64,000 nt of DNA from a virus: the IMG/VR virus record IMGVR_UViG_3300030339_000006; one strand, given 5' to 3'. A model generated the notes under the pieces. The model saw nothing but the letters and a program-made list of their open reading frames with translations. It ran no database searches and was not told the origin of the DNA. Below are positions 41,875 through 51,903 of this stretch, one piece after another (position 1 is the first letter of the stretch; each line of letters begins with the position of its first letter). A program made the position numbers and the translations under genes.

Positions 41875-42444
41875 ATGTCAACTGTTAGCAAAATCATTAC
41901 CTTCTTCCGCAACGAAGAAATCCAGGCCGCTACTCGTGCTTTCGGTGAATTACACGAAGGCAAGAAAGCGATGGTTGATATCCAGTCTATGATCCCGGAC
42001 TACCTGGCACTGACCACGGTCATGGCCCGCGTTCTGAAAACCAGTGGTCTGATCGAAGAGGAGCAAGCTGGCCTCGAAGACATGGACCCGATCTCCGGTG
42101 CCTCTCCGTACTGCTTCTTGGCCCTCCCGGGTATGAAACGTGACCTGTCCTTACCGTGGCTGTTGGCCGGTCTGGATGTCGACGTTGAGAACAGCGTGGA
42201 AGGTGTTGCTGCGTTGACGAAATTCCGTGAGACCGAATCGGGTGCCCGTAAGCTCGACAATCTGGCCCTCATCTGGGAGACCGGCAAGATCTACGCAGCT
42301 ATTCAATCGCAGGTGTATTCTACCTGCAACGACGGGGCCGAAGAGATGTTGGCCAAAATGCTGATGGGGATCTTCGATACCCTTTCAGAAGACTCTGAAG
42401 TCAAAGCGGCAATGGCAGAAGCGAAAGGAGCGACCAAGCAATGA
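41875..42444 (+). CDS. hypothetical protein
   Basis: AGGAG RBS. Confidence 0.7.
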   Translation: MSTVSKIITFFRNEEIQAATRAFGELHEGKKAMVDIQSMIPDYLALTTVMARVLKTSGLIEEEQAGLEDMDPISGASPYCFLALPGMKRDLSLPWLLAGLDVDVENSVEGVAALTKFRETESGARKLDNLALIWETGKIYAAIQSQVYSTCNDGAEEMLAKMLMGIFDTLSEDSEVKAAMAEAKGATKQ

Positions 42445-43004
42445 TTCAGTCAATGAACTACCAAGCGATCTACCTGGAACTCCTGCCGGCTCTTACAGCA
42501 CCGGTGATCAAATCCACCCTGTCCGAGCTGCAGTCTATCCAGCAGTTGCAGATGCAGTCCGCCCTGCGTAACGATGAGCCGTCTTTCGAGCTGGCCGCCC
42601 GTAACCTGCTGGCGAATCACCGCTTCTGTATCGCGTTGATTGAAGCCGTCCGTGATACGAAGATCGACCTGGAGTTCATCCAGTTGGCTAACATCAGCAA
42701 CTTCCTGATCTTCGGTGGAGATCACAACTTCCTCGGTATGCTCGTCTGTGCCATCGAAGGGGATGCGGAATACGACACGGCCCGGGCGGAAGAGATCGTT
42801 AACGCTCACGGTAAGGTCGACGTTAAGAAGATTGCCAATGGCCAATCCGACTACGTGGACACCGTCCTGTGGCTCTACAACATGGGTGCGTACAATGCCA
42901 AGTATCTGACTGGTACCACTATCGTGGATTTGGCGGTCGAGAAAGGCTGGGATCAAGAAGCTGTTGAGATGGTTGCTCAGTTGGTTGAGCCCATCCGGCA
43001 GTAA
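42441..43004 (+). CDS. hypothetical protein
   Basis: AAGGAG RBS, terminator after. Confidence 0.7.
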   Translation: MIQSMNYQAIYLELLPALTAPVIKSTLSELQSIQQLQMQSALRNDEPSFELAARNLLANHRFCIALIEAVRDTKIDLEFIQLANISNFLIFGGDHNFLGMLVCAIEGDAEYDTARAEEIVNAHGKVDVKKIANGQSDYVDTVLWLYNMGAYNAKYLTGTTIVDLAVEKGWDQEAVEMVAQLVEPIRQ

Positions 43005-43114
43005 CCGAAAGGGCCCTCCGGGGTCCTTTTTAGCCGCTGTGACATCGAAAGTCAGGGTCCTGTTCCCAAAATGTTCCAAAGAAAACCCAGGTAGGACAAG
43101 GGCTTAGACGATTC

Positions 43115-43282
43115 TGTGACATTGTTACATCGGAACGTCTCCAACCCACCCTTATTAGAGACATCTTACCCCTATACATACATTACTATGGATCTTAAAT
43201 AAGGTATATATAGGATGCTACTACCCTCTAGGGGATAAAGGGGGTGTGTGTTTGGAGACGTAGTTCCTGTCACAATGTCACA
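43115..43282. repeat. 168-bp inverted-iteron element (copy 2)
   Basis: Near copy of 3645-3812. Confidence 0.85.
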
Positions 43283-43339
43283 GGGCTCAATTTTGGCTGA
43301 TAGGCAGGTATAACTAACTTGTAACCACAGGAGCTCCTC

Positions 43340-43918
43340 ATGAACAACTACATTGAAACTTACACAGGTCTGCATTTTGCTTTAGATTCCGACTCTACTG
43401 AAGGAATTCACCTGTTCGACATCGCACGGGCCCTTTCGGGGGTAAACCGTTTCAACCACCACACGATCATGTCCTACAGTGTAGCAGAACACTGCGTTCA
43501 CGTAGCGGCTCTTTTACCTCCCGAATACCAACTACTGGGTCTCATCCACGATGGCTCTGAAGCTTACCTCCAGGACATTCCCTCCCCATTCAAGGCTCTT
43601 CTCCCGGACTACAAGTTCTACGAGAAGAAGACGGAAGACCGTATCTACGCGGCCTTTGGTCTTGATCCAGAATGGGCACATAGCGTCTACCACCATGTTA
43701 AAGCAGCTGATACAATGATGCTCCACGTAGAAGCCCGCATCCTGACCCACTCCCGTGGACAGGGTTGGGCCGAAGCGGTGGACCATCCAGGTATCGTCTG
43801 TCTCCCGGCACTGGCTGCCGAGCAGGCGTTCTTGAACGCTTACAATCGCATTGCTGCAGGCGATTTCTTTACCGGGCCTTTAACCGCCCGTGAACTACTC
43901 GAACTAACGGAGAAGTAA
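43340..43918 (+). CDS. YfbR/YfdR-like HD 5'-deoxynucleotidase
   Basis: DIARALS...RF..H, YSVAEH, IHDGSEAY..DIPSP.K, VK.AD. Confidence 0.85.
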   Translation: MNNYIETYTGLHFALDSDSTEGIHLFDIARALSGVNRFNHHTIMSYSVAEHCVHVAALLPPEYQLLGLIHDGSEAYLQDIPSPFKALLPDYKFYEKKTEDRIYAAFGLDPEWAHSVYHHVKAADTMMLHVEARILTHSRGQGWAEAVDHPGIVCLPALAAEQAFLNAYNRIAAGDFFTGPLTARELLELTEK

Positions 43919-46207
43919 ATGCAAGATATCTACGTCACTAAACGTAATGGCCGTCGCGAACTTTCTGATTTCGCCAAGATCGCCAAGGTCATCAACTGGG
44001 CTGCTGAGTGCCTCAACGTATCCACCTCTCAAGTAGAGATGGGCGTCCGCATCCAGATGGAAGACGGTATTCCTACCCGCCAGATTCACCGTGCTGTTAT
44101 CAAAGCAGCGGCTGACTTGATCTCCGCCGACGAGCCAGACTACCAGTACATGGCAGCCCGCCTGTCCATCTTCGGCATCCGTAAAGAAGCCTTCGGCCAG
44201 TTCAATCCCCCTCCGTTCCCTCTGTTTGTTTCCAGTATGGTAGAACGCGGTAAATACGACAAAGCCATCCTCGACGATTACACCTTCGAAGAGCTGGAAG
44301 AACTCGACGAAGAGATCGACCACGATCGCGACATGCTGTACGCGTACGCGGCCACCAAACAGTTGGAAGGCAAGTATCTGGTCCAGGACCGCACGACTCA
44401 CCGTATCTTCGAGTCTCCGCAGATGGCCAACATGATGATCTCAGCGTGCATGTTCTCCCGCTACGCTAAAGACATCCGCTTGGACTACGTGAAGCGTTTC
44501 TACCACGCGATGTCCACCTTCAAGATCTCTCTGCCGACCCCGATCATGTCCGGCATGCGTACTCCGACCCGTCAGTTCTCCTCCTGTGTGGTGATCAAAG
44601 CCGGGGACTCCCTGAAGAGCATCAACGCTGCGTCTTCTGCGATCGTTGAGTACGTCTCTCAGCGTGCCGGCATTGGCCTGGATGTCTCTCATATTCGCGG
44701 CGTCGGTGCACCGATCCGTGGAGGTGAAGCTGAACACACCGGTGTTATCCCCTTCATCCGCCACTTCCAGACGGCGGTGAAATCCTGTTCCCAGGGTGGT
44801 GTCCGTGGGGGTGCGGCAACGGTGTTCTACCCAATGTGGCACTACGAGTACAAAGACCTGGTCGTCCTGAAGAATAACCGTGGTACAGAATCTTCCCGTG
44901 CTCGTCACCTGGATTACGGTGTGCAGATCAACGGGTTCCTCTACAAACGCTTGCTCGCCAAGGGTAAGATCTCCTGTTTCTCCCCAGATCAGGTCCCCGG
45001 GCTCCTCGAAGCGTTCTATGCTGACCAGGGTGAGTTCGCCCGTCTGTATGAAATCTACGAAGCCGACCCGAATATCCGCCGCAATACCTACTCCGCCATA
45101 GAAGCTTTCGGTTGGTTAGTGGCCGAGCGTGCGAGCACCGGCCGTATCTACATCCAGAACGTGGACCACTGCAACACACACTCCGCTTTCGATCCGAATC
45201 TGGCACCGATAAGCCAGTCAAATCTTTGCCTGGAAATCTGTCTGCCAACCAAAGAGTTGCGTAACGTGGACTCGCCGGAAGGGGAAATCGCTCTGTGTAC
45301 TCTGGCCGCCTTCAACCTCGGTGTGATGACTCCGGACGAAATTCCTGAGATGGCAGAACTGCTGGTCCGCGGCCTGGACGAACTGCTGGATTACCAGGAT
45401 TACCCGGTACCGGCGGCCAAGAAGGCCTCCATGCGTCGTCGTACGCTGGGTATCGGTGTGATTAACTATGCGTACTGGCTGGCCAATCAAGGCATGAAGT
45501 ACTCCGATGGTTCTGCGAATGAAGCGACGCACCGTCTGTTCGAACGTCTTCAACACGCCCTGATCTCAGCGTCCGTTACCCTGGCCGAAGAGAAAGGCGC
45601 CTGCCCAGCGTTCCACGACACGTCCTACGCCCGCGGTCTGCTCCCGATTGACACGTACAAGAAGGATCTGGACACGATCGTGTCACCTAAACTGCACCTG
45701 GACTGGGAAGCGCTTCGTGCTCGCATCAAGGCTCACGGCATGCGTAACTCTACCCTGATGGCTCTGATGCCGTCCGAGACCTCTTCGCAGATCTCCAACT
45801 CGACCAACGGTATTGAGCCGGCGAAAGGTTTGGTGACGGTGAAGGTGTCGAAAGACGGGGTGATGCGTCAGGTCGTTCCGGAAGTGACCCGCCTGCGGGA
45901 TGCCTACGAGACGCAGTGGGACATGCCGAACAACTCCGGTTACATTCAGCTGGTAGGGATTATGCAGAAGTTCGTCGACCAGGCGATCTCTGCGAACACC
46001 AACTATGACCCGGCACGCTTCCCCGGTGGCAAAGTCTCAACCGAAGTCTTGCTGCGTGATCTGATCATCGCGTACAAGTTTGGCTGGAAGACTCTGTACT
46101 ACCACAACACCCGTGACGGTTCGGACGACAAGACGTTCGAAGAGAAAGTTGAAGTAGTCCTCCCGACACCGGGTGATGACGACTGTTCGGATGGCTGCAA
46201 GATCTAA
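43919..46207 (+). CDS. nrdA: ribonucleotide reductase class Ia alpha subunit
   Basis: ATP cone, PTP, FSSC, SQGGVRGG, SNLCLEI, CTL, MPSETSS, KTLYY, C-terminal CxxxC. Confidence 0.97.
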   Translation: MQDIYVTKRNGRRELSDFAKIAKVINWAAECLNVSTSQVEMGVRIQMEDGIPTRQIHRAVIKAAADLISADEPDYQYMAARLSIFGIRKEAFGQFNPPPFPLFVSSMVERGKYDKAILDDYTFEELEELDEEIDHDRDMLYAYAATKQLEGKYLVQDRTTHRIFESPQMANMMISACMFSRYAKDIRLDYVKRFYHAMSTFKISLPTPIMSGMRTPTRQFSSCVVIKAGDSLKSINAASSAIVEYVSQRAGIGLDVSHIRGVGAPIRGGEAEHTGVIPFIRHFQTAVKSCSQGGVRGGAATVFYPMWHYEYKDLVVLKNNRGTESSRARHLDYGVQINGFLYKRLLAKGKISCFSPDQVPGLLEAFYADQGEFARLYEIYEADPNIRRNTYSAIEAFGWLVAERASTGRIYIQNVDHCNTHSAFDPNLAPISQSNLCLEICLPTKELRNVDSPEGEIALCTLAAFNLGVMTPDEIPEMAELLVRGLDELLDYQDYPVPAAKKASMRRRTLGIGVINYAYWLANQGMKYSDGSANEATHRLFERLQHALISASVTLAEEKGACPAFHDTSYARGLLPIDTYKKDLDTIVSPKLHLDWEALRARIKAHGMRNSTLMALMPSETSSQISNSTNGIEPAKGLVTVKVSKDGVMRQVVPEVTRLRDAYETQWDMPNNSGYIQLVGIMQKFVDQAISANTNYDPARFPGGKVSTEVLLRDLIIAYKFGWKTLYYHNTRDGSDDKTFEEKVEVVLPTPGDDDCSDGCKI

Positions 46208-46236
46208 TGGAGAGGGCCCTTCGGGGCCCTGTAATT

Positions 46237-46515
46237 ATGAACGTAGAAGATTGTATCCAACACGATAGACTGTCATATCGTAAAGGCGGCGAAGTCCTTC
46301 GTCGAATAAACCAGCGTGAGGCTGCCATCGTGGCCCAGGATGATAACTCGGTCACCCTACGCCTTAATGGACATCTCGGAGTGGTAGTCACGGAGTCCGG
46401 AGATGGTGTATCATATCGCTTCATTAATCTGAAGACCAAACAACTGAGCCATGTTTTCCACAACCAGGCTCTACTAGCATTGAACTACAAACGAGGAACC
46501 TACAATGCCCTTTAA
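46237..46515 (+). CDS. hypothetical protein between nrdA and nrdB
   Basis: ORF after terminator-like hairpin. Confidence 0.45.
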   Translation: MNVEDCIQHDRLSYRKGGEVLRRINQREAAIVAQDDNSVTLRLNGHLGVVVTESGDGVSYRFINLKTKQLSHVFHNQALLALNYKRGTYNAL

Positions 46516-47134
46516 TAAATACCACCAGATCGTCGACGACGCGTTCAGCTATCCGTACATGAACGATGCCCACGTTACCCGTGCCGGCTTGCTCCTGGGG
46601 ACGATCGATAAGTCTAAGCCGGTACCGCTGAGCAAAGCGTTCGTGGACCGTCTGCTTCGTGTCGAGCCGAAGAGCGAAGGCGTGGACATGGTGAAACTCC
46701 GTGAGCTCGGCCCGGTAGTGCTGCAGCTCGATGGCGTCAGCGATGAAGGCCCGCGTTTCATCATCAGTATCCTCGTGGTTCCAATGGACGAGAAGGAGCA
46801 GATTCACTGCTACCCTTACTCCAACAACAACCCGGAAGAGAAGATGTGGCCGTATGATAAGCACTTCGTCATCTCTAACCTGACCCCGCTGGCAGACATC
46901 CAGGTTTCCGCCCGTGAGACACACCCACTGGCCGGCGCCGAAGGCCTGGACCCTATCGGTGTTGATCACATGACTGCCATGACCACGATCGTGCTGAAGT
47001 TCGTCATCGGTCTGCAGCAGGGTGACATCGAGTTAGTCCCGGACACCACGGACTACTCCAAGCTGAACGCCAAGCGTGCAAAGAGCAAAAAGGCCCCGAT
47101 CAAGGGTGATTATCTTCCAGTATTCGTAGGTTAA
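46505..47134 (+). CDS. hypothetical protein
   Basis: GAGG RBS; C-terminal LNAKR.KS.K.PI. Confidence 0.7.
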   Translation: MPFNKYHQIVDDAFSYPYMNDAHVTRAGLLLGTIDKSKPVPLSKAFVDRLLRVEPKSEGVDMVKLRELGPVVLQLDGVSDEGPRFIISILVVPMDEKEQIHCYPYSNNNPEEKMWPYDKHFVISNLTPLADIQVSARETHPLAGAEGLDPIGVDHMTAMTTIVLKFVIGLQQGDIELVPDTTDYSKLNAKRAKSKKAPIKGDYLPVFVG

Positions 47135-47136
47135 CC

Positions 47137-48345
47137 ATGAGCTTCTCTATCTTCTCTCAAGACCAAACCGACTACCTGGAACAGAGCATGTTCTTCGGTA
47201 AAGGGCTGAACGTCTCTCGCTTCGATGAACTGAAGTATCCGTTCATTGACAGCAACCTGACGGACCAGCAGCTGGCGTTCTTCTGGCGTCCGGAGGAGAT
47301 TGACATCTCCAAGGACCGTATCGATTACAACGAACGTCTGCCACAACATGAAAAGCACATCTTTACCAGTAACCTGAAGTACCAGACCCTGCTAGATTCC
47401 TGTCAGGGCCGCGGTATCGAACAGGCCTTCGGGAAGATCGTGTCGATACCGGAACTGGAGAACTGGTTCCTGACCTGGGCGTTCTCTGAAACGATCCACT
47501 CGCGTTCATACACGCACATCATCCGTAACCTCTTGGCCAACCCCGGCGAGATCTTCGATGATATCGTGTTGAACCCGGAGATCACCGGGCGTGCCATTAA
47601 CCTGACGGGGAACTACGACCGCTTCATCAAGTCGGTCGATCTGCACTCCCTGTTCGGTGAAGGTCACTTCGAAATCTCTAAGAAATCCCCGGGCGGTATC
47701 CTTCTGCCACAGGGCTTCGAAGACATTCAGCGTGGTCCGGATCAGATGCAACTCGTTGAGAAATTCGACGTGAGCATGCCACAGATGATGGAAGACGCGT
47801 TCTACCTGCTGGGTGACATCAACTGCCTGGAGGCTCTCCGCTTCTACGTGTCCTTCGCGTGTTCCTTCGCCTTCGCGGAACGTGAGCTGATGGAAGGGAA
47901 TGCCAAGGTGATTAAGTTCATCTGTCGCGATGAATCCCTGCATAAAGTCGGCACGACCTACTTGATCAACAAGCTATCGGATGGCTCTGAGGGTCAGGAG
48001 TGGGCTAAGATCGGGCGTCGCACTAAGCTGCGTTTCCCCGAGCTGGTCCGCAGTGTGGTCGATCAGGAGAAATCCTGGGCGAAGTACCTCTTCAAAGACG
48101 GGGCGATGCCGGGCATCAACCTGGAGAGCATGGGCCACTACATGGAATACCTGGCTGACGTCCTCCTGGATCAGATGGGTATTGCTCCACTGTACGGCCG
48201 TAAGCGTAATCCATACCCGTGGATGACCACTTACACCAACTCGGAGAACGTCCAACCTGCTCCGCAGGAAGTGGAGATCTCTGCCTACCGAACTGCCGAC
48301 CTGAGCTCTGACAGCACAGGCCTGCTTGACGACCTATCTCTCTAA
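47137..48345 (+). CDS. nrdB: ribonucleotide reductase class Ia beta subunit
   Basis: FFWRPEE, LLDS, ETIHSRSY, EALRFYVSF, RDESLH, APQEVEI.AY. Confidence 0.97.
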   Translation: MSFSIFSQDQTDYLEQSMFFGKGLNVSRFDELKYPFIDSNLTDQQLAFFWRPEEIDISKDRIDYNERLPQHEKHIFTSNLKYQTLLDSCQGRGIEQAFGKIVSIPELENWFLTWAFSETIHSRSYTHIIRNLLANPGEIFDDIVLNPEITGRAINLTGNYDRFIKSVDLHSLFGEGHFEISKKSPGGILLPQGFEDIQRGPDQMQLVEKFDVSMPQMMEDAFYLLGDINCLEALRFYVSFACSFAFAERELMEGNAKVIKFICRDESLHKVGTTYLINKLSDGSEGQEWAKIGRRTKLRFPELVRSVVDQEKSWAKYLFKDGAMPGINLESMGHYMEYLADVLLDQMGIAPLYGRKRNPYPWMTTYTNSENVQPAPQEVEISAYRTADLSSDSTGLLDDLSL

Positions 48346-48413
48346 CCTGACATGGGCCCACGGACGGGCCTTTTACTGGTATAAGTAACAGGTAGAGACA
48401 ATCAGGGGAGCTT

Positions 48414-48980
48414 ATGTTTAACAGAGAAGTACTAGAAAATCGTATACAAAACGGTTGTTTGGCAGCAATCGGCACAGCTCCGATCATTGGTTTGGCCTCA
48501 TACAAAGCACTGGAGGATCTTCGGCTCGAGCGAGACATGCTCAAAATCCTGAAGTTCACTCTGGTGGTCTCTGCCGTGTCAGGGGTGATTTGGGCACTAT
48601 TCCCGTCATCCCGTCGTAAACCTTCTCAAACTGACGAAGAAGCCGTACGTGACTCTTACTCTCCGAAACTGCTGATTGCGATCAGCGAGTCTATGCGAGA
48701 TGCCGAAGACGAACAGATTATGCGACTGAGTCGAGAGAAAGAGAAGAAAGACGAGAAGAAAACTTCGGTGGAGCCGTACCGACCTCGGTATGAGCGAACA
48801 GGGTATTCCGGATACATCGCCCCTAAGAGCAAGACCTTCTCGGAAGACAAAGAGGAAAAAACATCCTCCGGACTTCAAACGAGCAGACTCTTCTCCGGTA
48901 GCAGTTTGGAACGTAAGACCCTGTCCAATGATGACATTCATAAAGTTCTGTTAGCAGACACAGATGACGAGGAGTATTGA
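48414..48980 (+). CDS. membrane-anchored hypothetical protein
   Basis: Promoter at 48378; TM segment. Confidence 0.6.
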   Translation: MFNREVLENRIQNGCLAAIGTAPIIGLASYKALEDLRLERDMLKILKFTLVVSAVSGVIWALFPSSRRKPSQTDEEAVRDSYSPKLLIAISESMRDAEDEQIMRLSREKEKKDEKKTSVEPYRPRYERTGYSGYIAPKSKTFSEDKEEKTSSGLQTSRLFSGSSLERKTLSNDDIHKVLLADTDDEEY

Positions 48981-49339
48981 TGACAACAAAAGTGGTTCTG
49001 GAATTGACGGTCAAGGAGACGTCAGTTCGTATCCGAGGATATGGGGAAGAGGCGATCATGGAGCACTCTCTGACTCACCCGCTGATGCAAGGCTCGCTGA
49101 AGTTTCAGTGTAAGCGAAAAGATCTGGCCGACGTACTGAAAGAATTTGCGGAGGGTTTGGACTCTCGCAAGAAAGATTTCGAAGGGGATGTTTCGTTGGT
49201 AGATGTGGGAAATGAGCTGGCCCGTAGCTCAACCGGCATCCCTTTGAGTGAAAAAGAGCAGAATGAACTGAAGACGTTACTCGACGGTAAATCCGCTGTA
49301 GAACAACGAGATGGTGCATTCCGAATAAAAATCAGTTAG
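48977..49339 (+). CDS. hypothetical protein
   Basis: GGAG RBS, coupled. Confidence 0.55.
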   Translation: MMTTKVVLELTVKETSVRIRGYGEEAIMEHSLTHPLMQGSLKFQCKRKDLADVLKEFAEGLDSRKKDFEGDVSLVDVGNELARSSTGIPLSEKEQNELKTLLDGKSAVEQRDGAFRIKIS

Positions 49340-49411
49340 TATAGCAGTGAAAACAGGAGGATTGACCCCTCCTGTTTTTATCCAGTATAATCATCCCATA
49401 GGAGAAATCTC

Positions 49412-50062
49412 ATGCCACAACTTATTATCGGAATCAATGGTTTAGCACAGCACGGCAAAGACACGACGGCCAACGCCATCGCGAAGCGTTTGAATGACCG
49501 TGGGTTTACCACGGAGACTCTGTCCTACGCGATCGCCCTGAAGCACATCTCCCAGTACGTCTTTGACCTGGCTGATGACCATTTGAATACCAGCGCCGGT
49601 AAAAAAGAAGAAATCCCTGCCGCTCACGGCATGACCCCCCGCAAGATCATGCAGCTGGTGGGTACCGAGTCCTTCCGTGACGTATTCTGGCCGGAAATCT
49701 GGACTGAATTTTTAGATCGTCAGATCGCCAAATCCTCAGCGGATGTCATTTTGATTCCTGACATGCGTTTTTCTAACGAACTCATTCACGTACGAGACCA
49801 AATGCCGATGACTCACGATTGTGACACGGTACTCGTGAAAGTGACTAACCCACGCGTGGGACAGATTGTCCCCACCCCGAAGAACCTCTGGCAACGTATC
49901 CAAGTGTTCTTCGGTAAGTCCCTGGCCCATCCGAGTGAAATCCCTCAGCCTGACAGGCAGTTCGATGACGTGTTCCAAAACGATTCGACGCTGCAGATGT
50001 ACGAGCTGAAGATCCGCCAGTGGACTGATGCCGATATCATTCCGAGACTCCACCATGCTTAA
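49412..50062 (+). CDS. deoxynucleoside monophosphate kinase
   Basis: IGINGLAQHGKDT, TPRKIMQLVGTE..R, D.RF.NE, HPSE; sigma70 promoter 49362-49391. Confidence 0.9.
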   Translation: MPQLIIGINGLAQHGKDTTANAIAKRLNDRGFTTETLSYAIALKHISQYVFDLADDHLNTSAGKKEEIPAAHGMTPRKIMQLVGTESFRDVFWPEIWTEFLDRQIAKSSADVILIPDMRFSNELIHVRDQMPMTHDCDTVLVKVTNPRVGQIVPTPKNLWQRIQVFFGKSLAHPSEIPQPDRQFDDVFQNDSTLQMYELKIRQWTDADIIPRLHHA

Positions 50063-50537
50063 TCTACAATCCAAGAGCCCCCTGTCGGGGGTTCATCTCT
50101 TCAATAGTAAAACATATCCCGAGGACGTGGGAGTATACTGGCGAGGCCAAGAGCCTATCGCCTTTGAGATCGATTACTCCGACGAACCTGAAGCTTTCCC
50201 CAATCTCCTCGACCACGTGTACAACTCCTACGAACTCCTTGAATGCCATCGCATCGGCGAGATCCTGATCAGTAAAATCCAGTGCGGCAAGACCTTCTAC
50301 GCAATCTGCGATGGTGACACCCTTGTTTTTAGCCACAAAAAGCCCGTGTTTGAAGACCAACGAGTGGACCGTCCATCGAATTTGGTGGTGGCAGTGCATG
50401 AGACGTTGATCGCCCAGGCGCTATTGGCCGTGAGTTTCTCTCCGGTAGATCTGGCTTGGTTGACTGGGGAAAATACAATAGGGTTGTACGAGGAAAGAAT
50501 CTGGGAGTATGCCCGTAAGCATCTCCCAGTCCATTAA
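50055..50537 (+). CDS. hypothetical protein
   Basis: Last + strand ORF before strand switch. Confidence 0.55.
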   Translation: MLNLQSKSPLSGVHLFNSKTYPEDVGVYWRGQEPIAFEIDYSDEPEAFPNLLDHVYNSYELLECHRIGEILISKIQCGKTFYAICDGDTLVFSHKKPVFEDQRVDRPSNLVVAVHETLIAQALLAVSFSPVDLAWLTGENTIGLYEERIWEYARKHLPVH

Positions 50538-51049
50538 GGTTTCTTGTTACTGATGTTCGGCGTACTCAGTCCTTTGATAGAACCGAAGTAGTAACCGACC
50601 ACTGACATCCACGCCGTGCTGAGCGAACCCAGCATGATGTTGACGATATTGATACTCTCTACCGGAATCGGATGGAAGAGCATCACACAGATAATCCCAA
50701 AGAGTCCTACGGTGATAGCACCGGCTAGGACCGACGGGGTCTTATCATGCAGCGCCTTCTCACGGGCCCGGGCATCTGCGACGTCGAGTAAATCCGTCTT
50801 GATGCCCAAATCCGACATCGCCTTCTGAAACGCCACATCTGCATGAATGATCTTCTGCAGAACGTCCGGCGTCTGAATGGCGATCGCCCCCTCCAGTGCC
50901 GTAGTCTGATCTTCCAGAGTCCCGGTCGTTGGTAGTCCCAACTGATCGCTCAGAAACTTGACGCCTACGCCGGCCAGCGGCCCCTGTAGAGTACGCCCCA
51001 GAGTCGGGGCGATTTGTTGAACTAAGCTCTGCCAATCAAAGGACATCAT
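50534..51049 (-). CDS. holin-like membrane protein (3TM/GTA type)
   Basis: IAPTL...L.GPLAG, D..DAR.RE, two TMs, V.GYYFGS. Confidence 0.65.
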   Translation of the reverse strand: MMSFDWQSLVQQIAPTLGRTLQGPLAGVGVKFLSDQLGLPTTGTLEDQTTALEGAIAIQTPDVLQKIIHADVAFQKAMSDLGIKTDLLDVADARAREKALHDKTPSVLAGAITVGLFGIICVMLFHPIPVESINIVNIMLGSLSTAWMSVVGYYFGSIKGLSTPNISNKKP

Positions 51050-51401
51050 ACACCTCAGTTACTTCGGCAGCCCCCGCTTTGTATTGATCGACGAGCCGCG
51101 TGAAGGTATCTTTCATGTGAGTCACTGCTTGGTTCTGCAGCACGCTGGTATCACAGAGGATAACCGCTTCGTGGTACAGACAGTAGCGAGACCCGAAGTT
51201 GGACTTCTTGTCGGGATTGTAGACCTTCAACTTCCCGAGATCCGGGAGAAAAGCTACCCCGACATAACCGGCCAACCCACCCTGAGAATCCTTCTCATAA
51301 ATGAAGATGTTGGCAGGGAGATCACTCCCCGCCTTCACTTCTGCTTTCACCTCAAACTTTCCCTGGTTGAAGCGTGTGCCGATCACCAGGCCATTAGGCA
51401 T
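51036..51401 (-). CDS. hypothetical virion protein
   Basis: Within structural operon. Confidence 0.55.
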   Translation of the reverse strand: MPNGLVIGTRFNQGKFEVKAEVKAGSDLPANIFIYEKDSQGGLAGYVGVAFLPDLGKLKVYNPDKKSNFGSRYCLYHEAVILCDTSVLQNQAVTHMKDTFTRLVDQYKAGAAEVTEVYDVL

Positions 51402-51894
51402 ACAGAATTCTCCACCAGAACTGCAGACTGAACGAGTCAACCTTCGGTACTGCACGGAAGGTTTTCAAGTTGAACATATCCCCGGAGTCCTTGAACAGGC
51501 CCACTTCTGAGATAAACTCGTCGTTGGCTTCATCCGGTCCGAGCACGAAGTCGATCGTCAGGAAGTCCTGGGAATCGGCCGCAGTACTAGGCGTGATGTT
51601 CAGGTTACGGTTGTACGTCATGATCGGGTTGTACAGGTCATTACGCAGGTTATCAACACGGATCGGCTTACGGCCGGCCGCGTCGTAGGTCCCGCCAGAA
51701 CCGATCTTGAAAGACGAGATGATGTTCGGTCGAGCGTCGACGTCATAAAGGAACGTCAAGTGCTCACGTTTGGCTGCACGCATGATTGCGTTCGGATCGT
51801 TGTCCAGAACTCTTTCACGCGTACCGTCCAGGTAGATCTTGTCGATAGTCAGGAAGCCTTGGGCGATCTGAACTGGTTCGTTTAGTTTAATCAT
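51394..51894 (-). CDS. baseplate/tail-fibre attachment protein
   Basis: N.I, IGSGG, EAN...ISEVGLF...MFN.KTF..V.K motif. Confidence 0.6.
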   Translation of the reverse strand: MIKLNEPVQIAQGFLTIDKIYLDGTRERVLDNDPNAIMRAAKREHLTFLYDVDARPNIISSFKIGSGGTYDAAGRKPIRVDNLRNDLYNPIMTYNRNLNITPSTAADSQDFLTIDFVLGPDEANDEFISEVGLFKDSGDMFNLKTFRAVPKVDSFSLQFWWRILYA

Positions 51895-51903
51895 CAGTAT
51901 TCC

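Noticed and set aside
43340-43918. DatZ / Z-base genome pathway
   Set aside because: Motifs fit a generic YfbR/YfdR HD nucleotidase, and no PurZ is in the window
43919-48345. Inteins, introns or homing endonucleases in nrdA/nrdB
   Set aside because: Both frames are continuous and near normal length, with no intein termini or nuclease motifs
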